From assembly GCA_963722255.1 (NCBI GenBank), contig CAVRJO010000001.1, positions 352,001 to 416,000 of the forward strand: a stretch of 64,000 nucleotides of DNA, read 5' to 3'. This DNA is from Candidatus Babeliales bacterium. Lineage in GTDB: Bacteria; Babelota; Babeliae; Babelales; JANWKD01. The notes beneath the pieces were generated by a model. The model worked only from the letters and a program-made list of their open reading frames with translations, had not been told where the DNA came from and ran no database searches. Of this stretch, positions 14,758 to 24,908 are shown one piece after another. A program made the translations under genes and the position numbers. The stretch's first letter is position 1, and each line of letters opens with the position of its first letter.

Positions 14758-14986
14758 AATAACTTTGGTATCAAAGCAGGAACAAAAATCGGATTTAAAG
14801 CCAACACCATTATTCTTTCAACAGATTCTCATGGTTCAGCTAAACTACTACTTCGTTCGAGATTAGAAAATAATCAGATCGGTATACGTCATGGATAGTA
14901 GCATCTTTCCAACTTCTGTAGGCGCAAATCCAATGCAATCAATTTACACATTTGCTAAATTATTTGTTGATAAAATTTTGATATAA
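14758..14986 (+). pseudogene. Remnant of a GMC oxidoreductase paralogue
   Basis: Two fused fragments (NNFGIKAGTKIGFKANTIILS...GSAKLLLRSRLENNQIG and YVMDSSIFPTSVGANPMQSIYTFAKLFVDKILI*) align by eye to the intact gene at 19513-21636. Confidence 0.8.
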
Positions 14987-14989
14987 TTT

Positions 14990-16951
14990 TTACTTATTTT
15001 GTTGCAAATACTCTTTGGTTTTAAATTTTTTAAAAGGGCGTTTTTCTTTTCTCTTTTTTTGACCTTCTTCTTCGCGTTCTTTGCGTTTTTCTTTTAAAAC
15101 TTTTATAGGAGACTGTTTTTTTGGTTTATATGGCAAAGGAAAACCAGCGGCTGAGCCGATCAATTCAATATTTCTGTTATAAAAATATTCGCGAATTTTT
15201 TTTGGCAATGCTAAAAATGCTTCTTTATACCCCTTTGGTATTGCTACAGGCTGATTTTTTTCTTCCCCCATTACAAAATACCTTAACAAAAGTGCACCTT
15301 TTAAAGATAATGTTTGAAGTTTTTTAGGAGCTAAAAAAGAAACTAAAGTTATTATTCCATCTTTATCAAAAGTATTATGTTGCTCGATATATGATATTTT
15401 GCTTCCATCTGGAGAAAAACTTACTGAATAAATATTATGATGATTGCCGCTCATGGATTTTACTAACTTACCACTATGCATATCCCAAATTTTTACATCT
15501 CTATTACTTATAATTAATCGAGGTGGCCAACCCTTACGTTCTAACGGTTTTGAGTCACTAAATCCTGAAATAAGAAAGTTACCTTTAGGTGAAAAAGCTA
15601 ATGATGGATAATAAATCCTCCAAGCAAGATTATCACCATCAAGAATCTTTGTTACTTTTTTTTGATTTATATTAACTATTCTTATTTTTCCATCACTCCA
15701 TGCTGAAGCACAATAGTTGTTGTCTGGCGAAAAAACTACAAATTTTATTGATACATCCTGCTCGTCAATCTTTATAAAATCATTTTCTTGTAGATCCCAA
15801 ATTAATAACTTTTTATCATCTTCATAAGCACAAAAACGTGAATTTGCTGATAATGAAATAGTATTAATGTTTCGACCGTTAATTGTATGTTTTATTTCAT
15901 ATGTCTGAGCATCTATAATAAAACCTGTATCATATAAGCCAATGGCAATTAATCGATCATCCGGAGAAAAACAAATCGAACGAACAGTCCTTCTCTTTTG
16001 GTCACTTATTTCTTTTACAAGTGAACCATTATTAATATCATAAATACATACTTTCCCATCTACTAAACCAATAATTAGAAACTTCCCCGATGATGATATT
16101 TTCATAGGAAAACTATACTCAGGCGGCCAAGATCCATCAAATTTAGTCTCAAATTCATTTAATTGCTTAAGCTGCTCCAAGTCATGGACTATTACAGAAC
16201 TTCCTTGATAACTAATAATTTCTTTAAAAGTTCCTACTAACCATTTTTTGCCTGCTACACAAGTACTAAAAACAGGAAATCTAATAGGTATTTTTTCTTC
16301 TGTTACAGAAGAATCACCAAACCTTATTAGCAAACCATACATTTCAGAAATTTTATTAATTTCAGGAACAATCTTTTGCTCTATTTCTGGAATATTTATC
16401 ATTCGACCTAATCGAAAAAAAATATCCCATTCATTTTCTACTGCAAGCCTATTAAGTACTTTTTGAAGATCTTTACTACTAACTTTTAAGAGACCTTCAT
16501 GTCCAATAAAATTTGCAATAATCATTAGATCAATAAGATTGCTAAGATTTTTTGGATACCATTGTTCAACTAAATAGTGTACTGTTTTTTTTACTGAGTC
16601 ATAGTGCAATAATGTCTTTGCAACAGCTTCAAGGGCTTTCAATTGGTCAATTGTTACTGCAGAAGAAGGAATTTGCACACTTAATTCCTCTCCCTCCTCT
16701 TCTTCCTTAAATTGCAAATTATTCCATATAACTGATGATTCTTGGGCAAATGAATAAGGAACTTGAATTGAATATAAAGGCACACCGCGCTCATCTATTA
16801 GTTCAAGTCTTACAAACTTATTCTCTAATGCCTTAGAGACATCTTCAAAAGCCGCTGGAGGTATTTGTTGAATAACTCTTCGTTCTTCCATTGAATTTAC
16901 AGATGAATTCAACAATAACAAAGATCCTAATAGAAATAACTTCAATATCAT
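14990..16951 (-). CDS. Exported SKP1/BTB-like + WD40 repeat protein with basic C-terminal tail
   Basis: Signal peptide; SKP1-like segment (VPYSFAQESSVI...LIDLMIIANFIG); WD40 repeats (FSPD...IWD); KKRKEKRPFKKFK tail. Confidence 0.82.
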   Translation of the reverse strand: MILKLFLLGSLLLLNSSVNSMEERRVIQQIPPAAFEDVSKALENKFVRLELIDERGVPLYSIQVPYSFAQESSVIWNNLQFKEEEEGEELSVQIPSSAVTIDQLKALEAVAKTLLHYDSVKKTVHYLVEQWYPKNLSNLIDLMIIANFIGHEGLLKVSSKDLQKVLNRLAVENEWDIFFRLGRMINIPEIEQKIVPEINKISEMYGLLIRFGDSSVTEEKIPIRFPVFSTCVAGKKWLVGTFKEIISYQGSSVIVHDLEQLKQLNEFETKFDGSWPPEYSFPMKISSSGKFLIIGLVDGKVCIYDINNGSLVKEISDQKRRTVRSICFSPDDRLIAIGLYDTGFIIDAQTYEIKHTINGRNINTISLSANSRFCAYEDDKKLLIWDLQENDFIKIDEQDVSIKFVVFSPDNNYCASAWSDGKIRIVNINQKKVTKILDGDNLAWRIYYPSLAFSPKGNFLISGFSDSKPLERKGWPPRLIISNRDVKIWDMHSGKLVKSMSGNHHNIYSVSFSPDGSKISYIEQHNTFDKDGIITLVSFLAPKKLQTLSLKGALLLRYFVMGEEKNQPVAIPKGYKEAFLALPKKIREYFYNRNIELIGSAAGFPLPYKPKKQSPIKVLKEKRKEREEEGQKKRKEKRPFKKFKTKEYLQQNK

Positions 16952-16990
16952 TTAAACTACCTCTTCTTTATAATTTCAGGATTACTTGTT

Positions 16991-18958
16991 TTATTGCAAA
17001 TACTCTTCGGTTTTAAATTTTTTAAAAGGGCGTTTTTCTTTTCTCTTTTTTTGAGCTTCTTCTTCACGTTCTTTGCGTTTTTCTTTTAAAAATCTAATCG
17101 GCGATTCTTGGGGTTTTTTATATATAGGATAAATATAGGGAATCGATGCCGGCGATTCACCCAGTTCTATATTTCTCTCGTGAAAAAACCTTCGAATTTT
17201 TTTAGGTAATTGATTAAATACTTCAAAATAACCTCTTGGTATTTTTAATGGTTGATTGTTCTCTGATTGCTCAGCAAAATACCAAAGTAATAAGGATGAT
17301 TGCAAAGTAAACTCTTCAAAGTTTTTAGGGGAAACTTTCATTATATACAAATTTCCCTGATTATATATCGAGCCTTCCCCAATATAAGCCAAATTTTTTC
17401 CATCAGGAGAAAAACTCACTTCATAAATATTTCGATCAGCACCTTGGATAGGAATAGTTCTTGCAAGAGATCTATTTTGAATATCCCAAATTTTCACCTC
17501 TCGTTCAAAGGGTATAATTGTAGGATTGTCTAAAGGCAAATAACTAAATCCCCTTGCCAATAATTTACTGTCCGGTGAAAATGCTAATGATACATAGCTA
17601 AGATGAAAATGTTTATCTTCGGCCAGCTCCACTTCAATAATAAATTTACTCTTCATATGTAAAATTTTTACTTCTCCATTAGCCAGTGCATAAATTAAAT
17701 AGTTATTGTCTGGTGAAAACAATAATGATTTAACTTCATAATAACGAGGACTATGTCTTTGTGAACCAACCTTGATTTTTTTGAACAAATTATCATTCTT
17801 TAAATCCCAAATTTTAACATTGCCTGCAGAACTTTCATAAAAACTATTAAATGCGATATATCTTGTATCCACAGAGAATGCAAGAGCTTGAGCATAAGTC
17901 TCGGCAAATTCTTTTTTCGTTTCAAAAGTAAGGGCATCTACTATAAGAACTCGATTATCCAAACAAATTCCAATATCCAGATCATCAGCAGAAAAATACA
18001 AAGATCTAATAGGACTTGGAAGCTGCAGCTCCTTAAATAACTCACCAGTTGAAATGCTATAAACTAACAACCTATAACCTGAAGCTATTGCTAAGTATTT
18101 TCCTGAATGAGAAATCTTAAAAGGCAAACGATAATCAGGAGGATTAACCCCATCAAAACGAATCGGGAATTCATTAATTGTTTTTTGTGTTTGCAAATCT
18201 ACAATTTTTGCAAAATAGTTTCGAAATCCGTGTCGTTCCAAAGATTCCATCGTCCCAGCTAACCATTGTGCTCCTGAGCACAAAGTACTAAACATTGGCA
18301 TGTGTATGGAAATCTTTTTAACTGATGAATACAGTTTTTCTGCTAATGCAATCAAAATCTGATTTTTAATTATCTTATTTTTTAATCTATCCTGCACATC
18401 CAAAATTTTAATCATCGCTGGGATCTGAAAAAAAAGTTCAAATTTTTGTTCATCAAGCATTTTTTTCAAATACCGAGTAAACTCTTCTAAACCCATATCA
18501 AATAATCGTTCATTTCCAATGAAATTTGAAACATATATAAGATCTATCAACATTCTTATATTATTTGGATACCATTGCTGTACCAAATACTGTACCGTTT
18601 GTTTTAGATTTTTACGCAAATAATTTTCATGAACAAAGCTTCGAAGCGCTTTAAGCTGTTCTAATGTTACGACTGAAGAATCAAATTGCACCGTAGGCTC
18701 TTTGCCTTCTTCCTCTTCCTGAAATTGTAATAAGTTCTTAATGACTGAAGATTCTTGTGCAAATGAATAGGGCACTCGAATTGAATAAAGAAGCTTTTCA
18801 TTTTCAACCAACTCGAGAATAACATATTTGTCTTCCTTTTCTATTTCAGATTCCGGAACTAAAAAAGGCATTGGCCGAGATCCTTTTTGTTCTTCCATTG
18901 CCATAAGAAATACATTCAAAAATAACAAAGACCCGCACAACAATAATTTCAGATTCAT
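16991..18958 (-). CDS. Exported SKP1/BTB-like + WD40 repeat protein, tandem paralogue
   Basis: Same architecture as 14990-16951; near-identical last ~100 nt; start ATG 18958 after AGAGGA. Confidence 0.82.
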   Translation of the reverse strand: MNLKLLLCGSLLFLNVFLMAMEEQKGSRPMPFLVPESEIEKEDKYVILELVENEKLLYSIRVPYSFAQESSVIKNLLQFQEEEEGKEPTVQFDSSVVTLEQLKALRSFVHENYLRKNLKQTVQYLVQQWYPNNIRMLIDLIYVSNFIGNERLFDMGLEEFTRYLKKMLDEQKFELFFQIPAMIKILDVQDRLKNKIIKNQILIALAEKLYSSVKKISIHMPMFSTLCSGAQWLAGTMESLERHGFRNYFAKIVDLQTQKTINEFPIRFDGVNPPDYRLPFKISHSGKYLAIASGYRLLVYSISTGELFKELQLPSPIRSLYFSADDLDIGICLDNRVLIVDALTFETKKEFAETYAQALAFSVDTRYIAFNSFYESSAGNVKIWDLKNDNLFKKIKVGSQRHSPRYYEVKSLLFSPDNNYLIYALANGEVKILHMKSKFIIEVELAEDKHFHLSYVSLAFSPDSKLLARGFSYLPLDNPTIIPFEREVKIWDIQNRSLARTIPIQGADRNIYEVSFSPDGKNLAYIGEGSIYNQGNLYIMKVSPKNFEEFTLQSSLLLWYFAEQSENNQPLKIPRGYFEVFNQLPKKIRRFFHERNIELGESPASIPYIYPIYKKPQESPIRFLKEKRKEREEEAQKKRKEKRPFKKFKTEEYLQ

Positions 18959-19066
18959 AAAGATCCTCTGACTTAAAAGCATGAATAAATTCTGTTTCAG
19001 TATACCTATTTGTAGATATCAAAAACAATGATAAGCAGCTAAATTAATAAAAAGATTTTATTAATT

Positions 19067-19349
19067 TAATGTGAATTCGACGTAAGCAAAAACTAAAAAA
19101 AGAATATTATTCAACGACGGGAATGTCACCCAGAGGTCCTTCATGCAATGAAGCCCGTGGGGTCCAGCTATGAAAAAAAGGTCAAAATAATTAATAATGA
19201 AAAATTTATAAACTGGATTCCACGCCCTGGAGGGCTCTGAATGACATATCTTTATCATTTTCTTAGGCGTATTTTTCTTCGTATCAATATCATTATTTAG
19301 TCTTGTATAAAGCGCTAAATTACTCACCGTTTAGATCGAATTCACGTTA
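19067..19349. mobile_element. MITE-like composite palindromic element, copy A
   Basis: Terminal IR taatgtgaattcga / tcgaattcacgtta (13/14); internal nested hairpin atgtcacccagag...cgtggggtccag...ctggattccacg...ctctgaatgacat. Confidence 0.65.
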
Positions 19350-19512
19350 ATTTATTTTAAATACAGCTTAATTTTTTTCCAATTTTATGCTTCCGATTTA
19401 TTGAAATCATCTATCCGGAAATATCATATTTTCTTTAAAGCAGTTGGTTTGCAACGCAACTTTATTGTAGATTCACTCTAGAATTAAAAAACTAAATGTA
19501 AGGGAAATCTTA

Positions 19513-21636
19513 ATGAAACAGCTTTATATCATACTATTCATAATTTTTTTTCAAATCACACCTCAATCATTTTCCAAGCATATTCCCAATAAGAAAAACC
19601 TTAAAGCGGTGCACCAGGCTCTTTTTAATCTTTTTCTACCTTTGGAACATTCATTTAATGAAATCGAACTGGAAGAAAGAAACAATTCATATGAAACTAG
19701 TTGGAAAGGGATCAAACAAGATACAAAGCTTCAATCATTGCTTCAAAACCTAACTCCTGAAGGAATGCAATTCCCACAAGATATCAAACTCATGTTTCCA
19801 TCAATTTTTAAATATGGATTTGCTCAAGCAACAGCGCAAGAACAAGAAGAGTTTCTTTTAGCTTTGCGAAGACATCACGATAATGCTCTTCGTTTGTATG
19901 CTGCTACTTTACGCACTGTGTATATTTTTATGATCTATTCTGATTTATTATGCGATCAGCTTTCAAGCATAACGCTTACCTGCCAACCACCAAATCATGT
20001 CGATCTCCATCTTCCTGCAAGCCAACTACATATTGAAAATCAAACAGTTGTTCATAATAATGGGCCAATCGATTATCTCATTATAGGAAGCGGTCCTGCC
20101 GGATGTTTAGTAGCACATGAACTTGCTCGTCTTAAAAAGAATTCTACTATTGTTATCCTCGAAGCCGGTTCTTTTGTCAAACCTCAATCAATTATCACCG
20201 AACTATCAAATGAACTCATGGAATCTCATAATCAACGATCAAACATAACAGGTGGCATCGTATTTCGAAATGGATGGACTGTCGGTGGAGGAACGGCAGT
20301 AAACATTGATTTAGCATTTTCGCCCTTATTGCCAAATATAGCAGATACCATAAACAGATGGATAGATAATAACTGGGTCGCTAGAGAGCTCTTTCATAAA
20401 ACCGATGAAACTGATTGGCAGTATCTAAAAGAGACCTATCAATGGATTACTGAAACTATTAAAACCCGCGAAGTTCATGAGAGTGAAGTAAACAATAACA
20501 ACAAAATTCTATTACAAGCCGATGACTGCGCTATGACTTATAGCCTTAACGAAAAAGTGCCTACAGGAAAACCCGGTGAAATTTTAAAAATATCGGCAGT
20601 TGATGCTTTCTTGCTTCCGGCATTGCTTGGTGGAGAACCATTTCAAAGCAATGTTTCTCTTATTCCTGATGCAAAGGTCACGCAGATTCTTTTTAATGAT
20701 CTTCATGATAATCGCATTGCATATGGAGCAGAACTGGTTATCCAAAAGCCAGTTGACAAACCATATATCTTAAAGGATCCCAATAATTTTGAACTTCAGC
20801 CCGGCACTAAACTTTCCGTCTTTGCAAATAACATTATTATCTGCGCTGGAACGCTTGGTTCAGCTGAAATTTTGTTACGGTCAAATCTTGATAATGATGC
20901 TATAGGCAAGGGGATTATTATTCATCCATCAATTGGACTACTTGGAAAATTTAATCATCCCATTAATGTCCTAGACGGACTTTCTGCCTCTGTGTATGCT
21001 CCTTCACATATCAGGAGTGATGAATATTTTTATGAAGCAATGTCTGCATTACCACGGTTTATAGCAGCGCTTCACCCCGGTTCAGGTAAACAGATTATTA
21101 GCATCCTGCGCGATTTCAATTATTTAGGAGGATTTGGCATAATGCTGATTGATGAAGTCTTTAAAAATAATAGAATATTTATTAATCCAGAAACAGATGC
21201 CCTTGAAATTGACTATCAACTTACTCAGAATGATATAGAACGTTTACGCAAAGCATTAAAAATTGCGCTTGAAATGCTTTTTGAACAAGGCGCACAAGAA
21301 ATTTTTTTACCCACCAGCGAACCGATTCTTTCAGATGAATTATACTATATACCTATAACCGATAAAAGCCAAATCAATACCGTTATTGAAAATTGGCATT
21401 GCGTAGAAAATCAAAATTTTGTCAGCTCAGCACATATGCAAAGTAGCACTAAAATGGGCCCTAACCCGAGAGATTCGGTTATCTCTCATAATTTTCGTGT
21501 GTGGAACCCTAAAAACAATACCGAAATACCCAATTTATATTGTGTGGATAGCAGCATATTTCCAACTTCAATTGGTGCAAATCCAATGCAATCAATTTAC
21601 ACGTTTGCAAAGCTTTTTGTTGATGCTATTTTGTAG
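19513..21636 (+). CDS. GMC family FAD oxidoreductase with signal peptide
   Basis: IIGSGPAG Rossmann motif, ILEAG, GWTVGGGTAVN, ICAGTLGS, SAHMQSS, DSSIFPTSIGANP. Confidence 0.88.
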   Translation: MKQLYIILFIIFFQITPQSFSKHIPNKKNLKAVHQALFNLFLPLEHSFNEIELEERNNSYETSWKGIKQDTKLQSLLQNLTPEGMQFPQDIKLMFPSIFKYGFAQATAQEQEEFLLALRRHHDNALRLYAATLRTVYIFMIYSDLLCDQLSSITLTCQPPNHVDLHLPASQLHIENQTVVHNNGPIDYLIIGSGPAGCLVAHELARLKKNSTIVILEAGSFVKPQSIITELSNELMESHNQRSNITGGIVFRNGWTVGGGTAVNIDLAFSPLLPNIADTINRWIDNNWVARELFHKTDETDWQYLKETYQWITETIKTREVHESEVNNNNKILLQADDCAMTYSLNEKVPTGKPGEILKISAVDAFLLPALLGGEPFQSNVSLIPDAKVTQILFNDLHDNRIAYGAELVIQKPVDKPYILKDPNNFELQPGTKLSVFANNIIICAGTLGSAEILLRSNLDNDAIGKGIIIHPSIGLLGKFNHPINVLDGLSASVYAPSHIRSDEYFYEAMSALPRFIAALHPGSGKQIISILRDFNYLGGFGIMLIDEVFKNNRIFINPETDALEIDYQLTQNDIERLRKALKIALEMLFEQGAQEIFLPTSEPILSDELYYIPITDKSQINTVIENWHCVENQNFVSSAHMQSSTKMGPNPRDSVISHNFRVWNPKNNTEIPNLYCVDSSIFPTSIGANPMQSIYTFAKLFVDAIL

Positions 21637-21656
21637 GATGCTCAAAAACAGATTGA

Positions 21657-22748
21657 TTATATTTTACAATTTTTAAACTCTGAATAACCCTTTTGGGCGA
21701 GTTCAGGATCATGAGATAATCCATATTCTCTATAGAATGCATGAACTACCTGTTCGTAGATCAATGCATCATTATGAAGATCATCCTTCAAATAAGCTGA
21801 ATGAGTGGAATTTTTCAGTGTTAGACAATAGATATCTTTAACACCCGCTTTTTTAAGCGCATCACACAGATTAAACGTATTTTTAGCAGGTACTCGTTGG
21901 TCTTTTAAGGATGTAGTAAAAAGAATAGGTATTTGGTAGTAATTAGATATCATAGTAAATAAGCGAACGATTACCGGGCTTATAGGCGAAATTCCTTGAT
22001 ACTGATAACCCGTAAAAAACGATAAAGGATAGCCTAAACAGGTAAGATTATCGAATGAATCAAAACATCCCTCTAAGACAATGGCTTTTACCCTTTTTTG
22101 AGGCTTTTTTAGATATTCTAGGGCCATAAAATTAATGGTCGCAGCAGCACCCCGTGAAACTCCAAAAAGAATAATATCTTGGTTAGGGCATCCGGTACAT
22201 ATCTTATCATATTCTTGAGAAACGATTTGAATATCGTTTATTTGACCAAAATTAAGCTTTTGAAGGTCTAATATATAAGGATTTAGGGTTAACCCCTCAT
22301 TTGGTGTTTCTTCTGGTGTTTCTTCTATTGAAACCTGATACCTGTTGTTACTCTTTGTAAGAATTGATTTGCCAAGGCTGTATACACCTTTCATGCAAAG
22401 CGCACGTGGCCACCATGAACTATCTGCTTCTTGTAAAGCAGCCAATTTTGTAAGCCTGATTTCAGAAAAATTACATGCTCCGGTATATTCACCATTAATA
22501 AGCTCAAAGCCATGCTTGCCTACAATAGTTTGTCCCGTTGAAGCGGTATACCTTGAACAATACTTTGCCGCTTGATGCTCTGAGGACCAGAGGCCTGGAG
22601 CAAAGAGATAGGCATTATAAGGATTAGACCATTGGTGCGCTTTTAGAATGCACCAATGGTCTAATAAAAATAGTATAGAAATAAGTTTTAAGAGCTGATT
22701 ATTTAATATAACCTTCACAATGATTTTTAATTTTTTCACAAATTTCAT
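21657..22748 (-). CDS. Alpha/beta hydrolase family protein
   Basis: GVSRGA nucleophile elbow, LEGCFD, SLKDQRVP, H near the C-terminus; start uncertain. Confidence 0.78.
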   Translation of the reverse strand: MKFVKKLKIIVKVILNNQLLKLISILFLLDHWCILKAHQWSNPYNAYLFAPGLWSSEHQAAKYCSRYTASTGQTIVGKHGFELINGEYTGACNFSEIRLTKLAALQEADSSWWPRALCMKGVYSLGKSILTKSNNRYQVSIEETPEETPNEGLTLNPYILDLQKLNFGQINDIQIVSQEYDKICTGCPNQDIILFGVSRGAAATINFMALEYLKKPQKRVKAIVLEGCFDSFDNLTCLGYPLSFFTGYQYQGISPISPVIVRLFTMISNYYQIPILFTTSLKDQRVPAKNTFNLCDALKKAGVKDIYCLTLKNSTHSAYLKDDLHNDALIYEQVVHAFYREYGLSHDPELAQKGYSEFKNCKI

Positions 22749-23298
22749 CTCGTGTTACAGATTTACCAATATTTGCATAAAAATTTTCAACAAGAGAGAC
22801 CAGTGTAGAATCTTGGCGTAAATATAACCATGAGGATCGGTTACATAATTTAGCAAGTTTTTTAACCTTCTTTATTTCTTCATTATTAGGCATATAACCC
22901 CTTAGAGCAATTTCGCAATGCAGTTTAATAGTCTCTCGAATATAAATGTAATGACTAATTTGCCTATTGTATGCTCTTTTACCACATAATTTCCATAACA
23001 ACCATGGAGTTAACGTAAGAGCTACAAATCCAACGGATTGCAAACATGCATATCCTAAGCGCTCATTACATTGTTTTTTAGCACAAGCTTCTACAACTGC
23101 ACTACTCAATTCTGAACCAACAAACCATGCAAACTTAGCATATCGCTCAGGAAGCTTCCATGGATTACAAATATCAGCACAACTATTATAAGCATCTACT
23201 AAACTTTGAACAATAGTAACCTCTTGGGCCTTAAGGGGCTCACATGACGCCACACCTATAAGCGCAGCCAACAAAAGTGAATATGAAAAAATTTTCAT
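22699..23298 (-). CDS. Hypothetical exported/membrane protein
   Basis: ATG 23298 after GGAGG; signal-peptide-like N-terminus and one internal hydrophobic helix. Confidence 0.65.
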   Translation of the reverse strand: MKIFSYSLLLAALIGVASCEPLKAQEVTIVQSLVDAYNSCADICNPWKLPERYAKFAWFVGSELSSAVVEACAKKQCNERLGYACLQSVGFVALTLTPWLLWKLCGKRAYNRQISHYIYIRETIKLHCEIALRGYMPNNEEIKKVKKLAKLCNRSSWLYLRQDSTLVSLVENFYANIGKSVTRDEICEKIKNHCEGYIK

Positions 23299-23406
23299 TG
23301 AAGAACCTCCATTATAGGTCATACCAAAAATATTTGATATATAAATCCATTTGTAATAATTAAAATAATAAAATTTAATTATATTCACTAATAAACTTAC
23401 TCAAAT

Positions 23407-23441
23407 AAAAAGCCCTTGTCAAACGGCGACAAGGGCTTTTT
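23407..23441. terminator. Rho-independent terminator (symmetric A/T tails)
   Basis: aaaaagcccttgtc / gacaagggcttttt. Confidence 0.75.
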
Positions 23442-23482
23442 ATTTTTAAAATTCTATTTGATAATTATACAATAATCTTTGT

Positions 23483-24565
23483 TTATTTTATTATGCGATT
23501 TGAATCAAAAACACAAAGTTCCAATTCCTGCTGACCTGCAAAAGCAAGCATAGGATTATGAGGAAGATTGAATTTTTTATAAAATGCATGAACTACCTTT
23601 TGGTAGCGCTGCATATCTTCGCCATTATCACAGGTATAATCTCTATGCCCAGAATTCTCAAGCTTTAAAACATAAAAATCTTTCAGCCCTTTTTCTAACA
23701 ATGCATCGCAGAGGCGCATGGTATTCTTATAAGGAACAATAGTATCAATTTCAGAGGTAACAGCCAAAACAGCAATACCGTTTTCATTACAAACTGTTAC
23801 AAAATCATCCACCAAATCTATAGGCGCTTTGCCATATCTTTTATAACGTGGTAATAAACGAATAAGTGTCTCAAAAGTAGTTACATTACGCACAGCATCA
23901 AAACAACCTTCTAAAACAATCGCTTTTACACGCTTATCAGATTTATTTTTATATTCCGTTGCTATAAAATTGAATACAGTTGCAGCACCACGCGACGTTC
24001 CATAAAGAACAATCTCCTTTTGTTCATTTTTAGAACAGCACTGATCATACTGCTTGGAATATATATCAATATCTAAATCTTGACCTATATTAAATTGAAA
24101 CGGATTTATCAGGTAAGGCTTTAAGGTTAATCCATTATGTGACTCACCCTGAACAATAATTTTATAAGGTTTTTGAAAACGCCATGTTTGAAATCCTTCA
24201 GCAAGATCATTCAACTTATTTCTTAGAATACCAATCTTGTGGCCGGCAGATTTTGTCGTTGATAAAACGATTTCAGCAAAATTGCATGAGACAGTGGCTG
24301 CACCATTAACAAGCTCAAGCGCTTGCGAACAATAAACAGATTCTCCTGTAGAAGCTTTATACTGAGAGCAATATTTTCCTACAATATATTCAGAACAGAG
24401 AATGCCCGGGGCAAAAAGGTATTGCGCGCCTTGACCAGACCAAAAATGTTGAACTTCAGGTTGGGATACTTCATTATTAGTAATTTCCTGGCTTTTTGCC
24501 TGGAAAATCATTAAAAAAAGTGCTCCATAAAGGAATTTGGGTAAAAAAACAGTAATTTTTTTCAT
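23483..24565 (-). CDS. Alpha/beta hydrolase family protein, paralogue of 21657-22748
   Basis: GTSRGA, LEGCFD, SEIDTIVP, SGH; shared YLFAPG and KYCS.Y.ASTG; signal peptide. Confidence 0.8.
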   Translation of the reverse strand: MKKITVFLPKFLYGALFLMIFQAKSQEITNNEVSQPEVQHFWSGQGAQYLFAPGILCSEYIVGKYCSQYKASTGESVYCSQALELVNGAATVSCNFAEIVLSTTKSAGHKIGILRNKLNDLAEGFQTWRFQKPYKIIVQGESHNGLTLKPYLINPFQFNIGQDLDIDIYSKQYDQCCSKNEQKEIVLYGTSRGAATVFNFIATEYKNKSDKRVKAIVLEGCFDAVRNVTTFETLIRLLPRYKRYGKAPIDLVDDFVTVCNENGIAVLAVTSEIDTIVPYKNTMRLCDALLEKGLKDFYVLKLENSGHRDYTCDNGEDMQRYQKVVHAFYKKFNLPHNPMLAFAGQQELELCVFDSNRIIK

Positions 24566-24690
24566 ATACGCTCCATTTAGTTATCGAAATAATTCACATT
24601 TGAATTAATAACCTATAGCTCTATAGTATAATTTTTTACCATTCTTGTCAAATCATTTAAAAAATAAATAGCCATACCAAGAGATTTCAT

Positions 24691-24719
24691 TTGACAAAAT
24701 TTACAATTTGTCTTAGGAT
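24691..24719 (+). promoter_or_regulatory. sigma70 promoter upstream of the DEAD-box helicase
   Basis: TTGACA-N17-TAGGAT. Confidence 0.6.
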
Positions 24720-24908
24720 TAAAGAGAATCCTATGAAGGCGCACAACGGTATGCCCTTCTGGGTCACTGTAAAAGCGTTAAAAAACAACTATTCATGATA
24801 ATTCAACAAAACCGTAATCAGCGTCATTTTAGCTTACTTATCAGTAATATCTAAGGTGTATGTTATTTTCGTTGAAAAAATTCAGAGAATAGCCTTATAG
24901 GATATATT

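Noticed and set aside
19061..19327. 88-aa ORF on the minus strand
   Set aside because: Coincides with the palindromic MITE-like element; no RBS or recognisable motif.
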